64,000 bases of DNA from positions 1-64,000 of the IMG/VR virus record IMGVR_UViG_3300028392_000041; one strand, 5' to 3'. The stretch comes from a virus. The position numbers and the translations under genes were made by a program. Positions within the stretch are counted from its first letter, which is position 1. Each line of letters starts with the position of its first letter. Shown piece by piece: positions 58,406 through 64,000 of the stretch. Under the pieces are notes generated by a model that was given only the letters and a program-made list of their open reading frames with translations, had not been told where the DNA came from and did not search any database.

Positions 58406-58493
58406 ATTAATTCCTTTGTGTGTTAATGAGTTGTGTGTAATGACAGTTTTTTATATGGTTACTGCCACCATATCCCATCCCTGGGACATAATA

Positions 58494-58667
58494 TTATTTA
58501 GGTGCTTCTGCTTTTTTCTTTGGAGTTGGTTTAGGACTCTTTGGAGCAGCAGGACAATTACCTTTCTTGTCCTTTGTTACACAGTTCGTTTCTTCTTTCT
58601 TTGCTGGTTCAGCAGCAAAAGTTGAGAAAGAAAATGCTAAAGCAGTAAGTAAGATAATTGTCTTCAT
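58494..58667 (-). CDS. Small secreted/periplasmic Lys/Pro-rich peptide (57 aa, not in the ORF track)
   Basis: MKTIILLTALAFSFSTFA|AEPAKKEETNCVTKDKKGNCPAAPKSPKPTPKKKAEAPK; Sec signal peptide; AAGGA SD. Confidence 0.7.
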   Translation of the reverse strand: MKTIILLTALAFSFSTFAAEPAKKEETNCVTKDKKGNCPAAPKSPKPTPKKKAEAPK

Positions 58668-58676
58668 AGTAATTCC

Positions 58677-59120
58677 TTAGAATGAATATTTCAAGCCAGC
58701 AATAACAGTACTACCATCTAAAGAACTAACTTTAGATTGTCCTGCTTGATAACGATAATCAGCAGTGAGAGCAACTTGTTTGCTTAATGGATAAGAAACA
58801 CCAGCACCAACTAATGCAGCATAGCCATCAGTTGTATTCTTTTGATCCAAGTAAGCAACTCCACCTTTAACTGCGATGGTCGCTGCACCAACTGTTGCAA
58901 CATCATACGAACCAACTAAAGTGTACTTGTTCATGTCAGTTCCAGTTTTGTATTGATCAAATCCAGCAGTGATGCCTACTTTATCAAACTTCTGTCCAAC
59001 AGTAATACCTACACCAGTACGATCTGTATTGGCAGTATCGCGACTTGCGTTGATACCTAGTTCAACTGCTTGAACACCCATAGATGCCAATAATGCTGCG
59101 ATTAAAATAACTTTTTTCAT
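58677..59120 (-). CDS. Outer-membrane beta-barrel protein (OmpA-TM/Ail-Lom-like)
   Basis: Signal peptide, alternating amphipathic strands, GAGVSY, C-terminal GLKYSF BAM signal. Confidence 0.82.
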   Translation of the reverse strand: MKKVILIAALLASMGVQAVELGINASRDTANTDRTGVGITVGQKFDKVGITAGFDQYKTGTDMNKYTLVGSYDVATVGAATIAVKGGVAYLDQKNTTDGYAALVGAGVSYPLSKQVALTADYRYQAGQSKVSSLDGSTVIAGLKYSF

Positions 59121-59142
59121 TTAATTCCCTTTTTAAAAAATA

Positions 59143-59432
59143 TGGTAACTTATTCTGTTACGAGGAAAGTTACCGAAACCCTAGTCAGCGATTAAGCTGC
59201 CAATGCGAACTGTGAGTCGTTTGCGTTTACTTTTGTTTAGTTTTAACATCTACTCTGATGGGTTGTCCACTTCTATACTTGTTACCCTGTCGAAACCTAG
59301 TCACCCCCATCAGAAGCACACCCATTAGAGCCCATAAAATGGTTTCTTTCATCTAACACATGCACTTCTGGTGGAGGTGGGGAGAATCGAACTCCCGTCC
59401 AGAATACTTTTCTAGTTGCTTCACACAACCAT
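59143..59432 (-). ncRNA. ssrA: Two-piece (circularly permuted) tmRNA
   Basis: T-arm GGGAG-TTCGATT-CTCCC plus CACCTCC-A-CCA (ends 59369) lies upstream of the 5' strand GGGGGTG (starts 59308); G3-U70 pair; tag GCA..TAA = ANDSQFALAA* at 59224-59192. Outer ends are approximate. Confidence 0.9.
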
Positions 59433-59438
59433 TCACCT

Positions 59439-59467
59439 ATTATACATTATATATTTATTATAGTCAA
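59439..59467 (-). promoter_or_regulatory. sigma70-type promoter TTGACT-17-TATAAT for the tmRNA, with an embedded late-like AATAAATA
   Basis: -35/-10 with 17-nt spacing immediately upstream of the acceptor piece. Confidence 0.75.
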
Positions 59468-59468
59468 A

Positions 59469-60119
59469 TTAAATACCTTTTAATTGCAAATATTCTTTGC
59501 GAAGATCTTTAAAATGTCCAATCCATTCATTCCTACGCTCTTCAAACACTTGTGGGGTATAATTATCAACCCCAACTATAATTACAAGTCTATTAACAGG
59601 AATTCCTGTCAACTCCTCAAACATAACTGCATATGCAGAAGTCTGCATAAAGTAACCATGAATCCAATCACGATTTTTAAGTTTAGATGATGTTTTAAAA
59701 TCAATGATAGATAACCTACCTTTATACTCAGCAATACAGTCAACAGTTCCTGCAACTTGTAGATGGTGAGAATAAAGCGGACTCTCTAACGCATGTATAT
59801 TATCTATATTATTTAATTCTGGGACGAGACTTTTAAATAGGTGCGAATCAAAGAAATCTGGTTGAGTAGGTTCTCCACGCAAATAGGATTCGCAGAGGGA
59901 GTGAATTTTGGTTCCTCTTGATGCTGCTCTGGTGGAGATTTTGTTTGCTTCTTCTTCTCCGACTCTTTTTCGCCAATCAAGGATTCCCTGTTTTGAGTGC
60001 AATCCAGTAACTGTGGTAACGGAGGGATAGGATTTACCCGAAGGTGTGCGGTATAACCTGCCTTCGGGACTATCGATACGCTCCAGTTTCGCAAATTCAT
60101 GATCAATAAATGTTTTCAT
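59469..60119 (-). CDS. PD-(D/E)XK exonuclease-like protein
   Basis: YPSVTTV, RGTKIH, AGTVDC, IIDFKTS, Q..AYA. Confidence 0.85.
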   Translation of the reverse strand: MKTFIDHEFAKLERIDSPEGRLYRTPSGKSYPSVTTVTGLHSKQGILDWRKRVGEEEANKISTRAASRGTKIHSLCESYLRGEPTQPDFFDSHLFKSLVPELNNIDNIHALESPLYSHHLQVAGTVDCIAEYKGRLSIIDFKTSSKLKNRDWIHGYFMQTSAYAVMFEELTGIPVNRLVIIVGVDNYTPQVFEERRNEWIGHFKDLRKEYLQLKGI

Positions 60120-60739
60120 TATGTAAGTAAATTAATGCATTCCTCATAGTGTTTAATACGATCTTCAAGACCAATGTATCCACCATTAATCTTTTTAGTC
60201 ATTAACTTAATATCACCATTGTCAGCTTGAACATTTAACTTGTTCGCATTCCAAAACCAAATTGCTGACATAAGAGCAAAGTCGCGATCAGCAGTTACCC
60301 AGTCAGGATTATCAACAACATTCTGCCAGTCATCAAACATCTCTTGAGCAAATTTAGTATAGTTCGCACGACCAGTCAACTGAATTGGTCCACGACCACG
60401 ATATCTATATCCATCACCAGATTCTGGACCACCATTACCCATGCGATTAGCATAGATCTTATTAGCAATCATTTCTGGATGACGAGCATAAGGTGTTGCA
60501 GATTCAATAGTAGGGAAATACTTCTTGAAAATACTGTTTAATCCTTGTGCGGAATAGTTTAGGTTTTCTTCAAACACAGTCCAACCACCAGACTCATGCC
60601 CACACTGAGCAAGAAATGCTGCGACACGATGTGGTGTATTAATATCGTAAGTTGGAAACACATTATTCATTGCCTCAGCCCAGCCATCTGGATCTTGCGC
60701 TCTTGGAAATAAGTGTTTAAATTGATCTCCTGTAATCAT
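60119..60739 (-). CDS. Endolysin, glycoside hydrolase family 19
   Basis: RVAAFLAQCGHESGG, EENLNYS, YRGRGPIQLTGR.NY, SAIWFW, TKKINGG..GLEDR. Confidence 0.92.
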   Translation of the reverse strand: MITGDQFKHLFPRAQDPDGWAEAMNNVFPTYDINTPHRVAAFLAQCGHESGGWTVFEENLNYSAQGLNSIFKKYFPTIESATPYARHPEMIANKIYANRMGNGGPESGDGYRYRGRGPIQLTGRANYTKFAQEMFDDWQNVVDNPDWVTADRDFALMSAIWFWNANKLNVQADNGDIKLMTKKINGGYIGLEDRIKHYEECINLLT

Positions 60740-61503
60740 TTTCTGTCCTCGTAATCTTCGTATTTTAATTTAGCCAAGATATAATCTTTGACTAACGATG
60801 AGCGAACAATATCATTTACAGTAAATTCAATTCGAGTAAATGCCGACATATGTTGGGCAATATCAAAGAATTTAAGAATACCAGTAACATCGTTCTTTCT
60901 TTTATTTAGATCAGTTTGGCGATAGTCTCCACACCAAATAATCTTAGACATATGACCAACACGAGTCATAACTGTGTCAATTTCTTCATATGTCAAATTC
61001 TGCATCTCGTCAACAATAATAATAGCATTGTCGAAAGACATACCACGGATGAAGGATGTAGAAATAAATTGAATATAACCTTGTTCTTCCAAACGATCCC
61101 AAGCATCCTTGCGGTCAAATAACTGATGACAAATCTGACGATAAGGTTGTTCGTAGATTTCCATTTTCTCACCAACATCTCCTGGAAGATGACCAATCTC
61201 TCTAGATTGAACTGCTGAACGAACAACAATAATCTTATTGAATGGATTTGATTTATCAAGCACTTCTTCTATTGCTTTATAAAGTGCGATAAAAGTTTTA
61301 CCTGTTCCTGCTACACCATGAAGTGCTACAAAATAATCACCACGCTTATACGCATCATAAAATAACTTTTGATTTTCAGTTAATGGTTGAAAAGTTTTTA
61401 AATTATCTAATCTTACTTTTAACTGATTGCTTGCTATTGGCTTTGACTCACGAATTTCATTATTATCTTTTTCTACTACTGAAAGTGGCGATTTACGAGC
61501 CAT
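60736..61503 (-). CDS. phoH: PhoH-family ATPase
   Basis: GVAGTGKT, IGHLPGD..EK, FIRGMSF, VDEMQN, TRVG, GDYRQTD, DIVRS. Confidence 0.95.
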   Translation of the reverse strand: MARKSPLSVVEKDNNEIRESKPIASNQLKVRLDNLKTFQPLTENQKLFYDAYKRGDYFVALHGVAGTGKTFIALYKAIEEVLDKSNPFNKIIVVRSAVQSREIGHLPGDVGEKMEIYEQPYRQICHQLFDRKDAWDRLEEQGYIQFISTSFIRGMSFDNAIIIVDEMQNLTYEEIDTVMTRVGHMSKIIWCGDYRQTDLNKRKNDVTGILKFFDIAQHMSAFTRIEFTVNDIVRSSLVKDYILAKLKYEDYEDRK

Positions 61504-61512
61504 TTAAATTCC

Positions 61513-61761
61513 TTAAATTTGTGAAGATGTTTTATCGAAATCTGCGTAGGTAGTTTTCTCTTTAATTTTTTGTAGCACCTCCTTGAATCCTGAATCTTTT
61601 TTACGGACACCTAGTCGGACAGGATCACCCATAGGAATAGGGGTGTCGTGGTATCTTTCGTGGGTTGGATTTGTTTCTTTGTACTGATCGTACTCTGAAA
61701 TTTTCATAATAACATCAAAAATCTCGTCAGTTTCCGTATTACGGAATCTATATGTTGGCAT
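61513..61761 (-). CDS. FmdB-like small protein (start re-assigned to MPTYRF)
   Basis: MPTY.F...T.E.F pattern, GFKEVLQKIK; AAGGAG SD; late promoter CATAAATA at 61782-61789. Confidence 0.65.
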   Translation of the reverse strand: MPTYRFRNTETDEIFDVIMKISEYDQYKETNPTHERYHDTPIPMGDPVRLGVRKKDSGFKEVLQKIKEKTTYADFDKTSSQI

Positions 61762-61784
61762 CGTAAAACTCCTTATAATTCTAT

Positions 61785-62327
61785 TTATGAAACCCAAGAT
61801 GGGGTTTCACGATTTTTCCAAGAGAACATGCGAGTTTTGTCGCCAAGGTAGTAGTTTTTGTAAGACTGGATAGAATCTCCAGCAACTTTGTAGTGGTCAG
61901 GCATGGCTGGAGTTGGTTCAGTCCAGTTTCCTTCAGGTAAATTCTTAGGAAAGTTATTTTTGAGGATCTGCATCAAACCAATCGATTCAACTTTATGAAT
62001 TTTCCCATAACGATAGGAATACTCTTTACAGAGTTCTTCAAGCATTTCTGCTAGCCACATATAATTAGCAGCAGATTGTCTTACCCAAATAGCAGAGGGA
62101 TGATTAATATGAGTAGCACTGTACAGTAAATGCTCACGATCGTCTTCGATAATGTATTGCTTCCGTTTGCGACCAGACTGAGATAAACCAGTAACAAGAA
62201 TGCCGTCAAGATAGCGGTGGGCAGTAGAAAGTAATTGTGCATATTCTAAAATCATCTTTACGCAATGTTTGTCGACATGCATTTTAGCGCATGCCGACGG
62301 ATCGTTATGTAAGTAAAAAATATTCAT
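61785..62327 (-). CDS. DenV/pyrimidine-dimer glycosylase-like family protein
   Basis: MNIFYL...HVDKHCVKMILEYAQLLSTAH, THINHPSAIW, EYSYRYGKIH, AMPD. Confidence 0.7.
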   Translation of the reverse strand: MNIFYLHNDPSACAKMHVDKHCVKMILEYAQLLSTAHRYLDGILVTGLSQSGRKRKQYIIEDDREHLLYSATHINHPSAIWVRQSAANYMWLAEMLEELCKEYSYRYGKIHKVESIGLMQILKNNFPKNLPEGNWTEPTPAMPDHYKVAGDSIQSYKNYYLGDKTRMFSWKNRETPSWVS

Positions 62328-62800
62328 GATAAAAGTTTTATCGTTGAATCCAGTAATCGAATCGTTTCAGAAGAAGTAGTGTGTAAAATACCATGACCAC
62401 CTGCTTCAACAAACGGACTAATACATCCAACAGAATCATCAATCAAAATTGAAGTAGGTGTTGCCCACTTCGCTTTTTCATCTTTACTTCTAGAAAAGTT
62501 TGCTCGGTAAGGAATGTTTTTCTCATTCAACCATTTAAGTTTCTGTGATTTCGCAGCCTCACCTTGTTCAGTTCGAAAAGTTCCCATTGATGTAAGAATC
62601 TCAATGTTGATTCCTTTCAGTTTTGCAACATGGTTCAGCAATTCTTGAGTGTCACACATAAAGTCTAACTTCTCAAAAATACGATGTTCCATAACAGCTG
62701 ATTGAAATTTCTTTCGATCTTCTTTCAATGGGTCATATTTGGTGTATTCCTTGTTGAAATCAGCAAGGACACCATCCATATCTAAGTATAATGTAATCAT
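62324..62800 (-). CDS. HAD-family 5'(3')-deoxyribonucleotidase-like protein (start re-assigned to MITLYLDMDG)
   Basis: DMDGVLADF, ILTS, K..W, ILIDD, GGHGILH. Confidence 0.82.
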   Translation of the reverse strand: MITLYLDMDGVLADFNKEYTKYDPLKEDRKKFQSAVMEHRIFEKLDFMCDTQELLNHVAKLKGINIEILTSMGTFRTEQGEAAKSQKLKWLNEKNIPYRANFSRSKDEKAKWATPTSILIDDSVGCISPFVEAGGHGILHTTSSETIRLLDSTIKLLS

Positions 62801-62806
62801 AATATA

Positions 62807-62835
62807 ATTATACCCTAACATTGAATTAATGTCAA
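62807..62835 (-). promoter_or_regulatory. Early sigma70-type promoter TTGACA-17-TATAAT
   Basis: Perfect consensus; shares TTGACATTAATTC and AGGGTATAAT with the promoter at 56491-56519. Confidence 0.9.
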
Positions 62836-63191
62836 GACTTTTTAATAAATTTGCTCAAATCAGGTTGAGTCCAGCCCTCTGGCTTCAAAATCTTACCATC
62901 TTCGCGACGAGTAACCTTACGAGTAGTAGGGTCAACTTTTGCCATATTGCTTCGAAGAACTTCATCCCACGCTTTTTGTACATCATAACCCTTCATGTGA
63001 CAGAATCCAAGCGTAACCCAAATTAAGTCCATACAACCATCAAGCATTTCTACTTCATCACGATTCCAATGAGCATCAATAAACTCTTTGAATTCTTCTT
63101 CCATCAAAGACTTATATAATGCAGCATTTTCAGGCGATGCTTTTTGATCGCATGCTTGTTGAAACATTAATACATCAAGTGGCATTCCCAT
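62832..63191 (-). CDS. MazG-like NTP pyrophosphohydrolase
   Basis: LMEEEFKE, D...DLIWV, EVLRSNMAK, REDGKILKP. Confidence 0.85.
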   Translation of the reverse strand: MGMPLDVLMFQQACDQKASPENAALYKSLMEEEFKEFIDAHWNRDEVEMLDGCMDLIWVTLGFCHMKGYDVQKAWDEVLRSNMAKVDPTTRKVTRREDGKILKPEGWTQPDLSKFIKKS

Positions 63192-63469
63192 TATTTGTTC
63201 CTTTCGGTGTCAAAGAAAAACTCTGAATGACTGATATCATCTTGTGGTGTTTCCCACTCTGGTACTCGCCACTCAGGTGCTTCACCATAATTTTCATCAG
63301 GAACATAATCTAGCGTTCCTTCTGGGAAATAACCTACTCCACGAATAAACAGATCAGTATTCTGAAGTACATCAGATATACCATCAGCTTCAAATTCATA
63401 GGTAACTTTAGATTCAACTTTACCAGTGTACCAATTTGTATGTTCAGCAATTAGTGTAAATTTTGGCAT
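63191..63469 (-). CDS. Hypothetical protein
   Basis: 92 aa; EF.AD.I.DV...DLFIRGVGY. Confidence 0.6.
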   Translation of the reverse strand: MPKFTLIAEHTNWYTGKVESKVTYEFEADGISDVLQNTDLFIRGVGYFPEGTLDYVPDENYGEAPEWRVPEWETPQDDISHSEFFFDTERNK

Positions 63470-63470
63470 A

Positions 63471-63908
63471 TTAAAAACCTCTTCCTTCGCCTTCTTTTGT
63501 GAAAAATGCTCTTACCTTTTGTTCTTCAGTCCAACCATTAGTATAGTCATTATCTTCGTCGCATAATTTTAATGCGTCATCATGAGAAATTACACGATGA
63601 GAAACAATTGTCTCACCAATATCTAACTGTGAAAACTCTTTAGCGTCTTGACAAGTTACATCATCAAGCGCATATTCAGGATGGTCAGCTGGTGCTTGAA
63701 CCATGTAACGCATACGATACTGTTGAACACACTCAACAAGAACCCAAACTTTATCTGATTTACTCAAAGTCCAACTCCCATCTCCATTATCTTTCCAATT
63801 AAGATCATCACCGATTTTCCAACCAGTGCCTTCAAGAATTTCGTCATTCAATTCAATAAAGAACTCTCCATCTTCATTTTCTTGAACTTCCAATGTATAC
63901 TTACTCAT
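63471..63908 (-). CDS. Hypothetical protein with an AbrB-like N-terminus (start re-assigned to MSKYTLEV)
   Basis: GEFFIELNDEILE..GWKIGDDLNW; GGAG SD before the ATG at 63908. Confidence 0.6.
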   Translation of the reverse strand: MSKYTLEVQENEDGEFFIELNDEILEGTGWKIGDDLNWKDNGDGSWTLSKSDKVWVLVECVQQYRMRYMVQAPADHPEYALDDVTCQDAKEFSQLDIGETIVSHRVISHDDALKLCDEDNDYTNGWTEEQKVRAFFTKEGEGRGF

Positions 63909-63999
63909 AATTAATCTCCAACCAATTTGTTTCTTCAGGTAGAATCTCAATTTTTCCACCTACTTTATAAAGTCTATCACTCATATTTTGAAGAATTCC
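63901..63999 (-). CDS. C-terminal fragment of an upstream hypothetical gene (...GILQNMSDRLYKVGGKIEILPEETNWLEINYE*)
   Basis: Open frame entering from the window edge; its stop overlaps the next ATG. Confidence 0.45.
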   Translation of the reverse strand, partial: GILQNMSDRLYKVGGKIEILPEETNWLEINYE

Positions 64000-64000
64000 A

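Noticed and set aside
59369-59400. tRNA-like T-arm with CCA end
   Set aside because: No anticodon or D arm upstream; it is the acceptor piece of the permuted tmRNA
59469-60119. Cas4 / CRISPR adaptation nuclease
   Set aside because: Lacks the four-Cys Fe-S motif and any CRISPR context; it is an ordinary phage PD-(D/E)XK exonuclease

Overview
This window is a 64 kb segment of a T4-like myovirus genome (AT-rich, mostly minus-strand). It carries the virion morphogenesis region: the start of gp18, gp17, gp15/14/13, several fibre genes, a VrlC/DUF4815-type protein, gp8/7/6/25/PAAR/5/53/48/4/2/54-like/16/26/51 and a tape-measure-like gene. These are followed by gp32, gp59, gp33 and an accessory early region (ClpP, SleB-type hydrolase, outer-membrane beta-barrel, exonuclease, GH19 endolysin, PhoH, DenV-like, HAD, MazG-like). 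Four features stand out. (1) A RiPP-like protein-modification cluster sits between two tail-fibre genes: a 17-Cys 'NC'-repeat protein under its own perfect late promoter, a radical SAM/SPASM enzyme, a second radical SAM, a flavin-dependent halogenase and three 2OG-Fe(II) oxygenases. (2) An unannotated 23-aa pqqA gene suggests a PQQ-using, probably Methylophilaceae-like, host. (3) There is a circularly permuted two-piece tmRNA gene (tag ANDSQFALAA) near a phage ClpP. (4) A likely programmed -1 frameshift fuses gp26 to gp51 just upstream of the tape-measure-like gene. All family assignments are from motif recognition by eye; no database searches were run.
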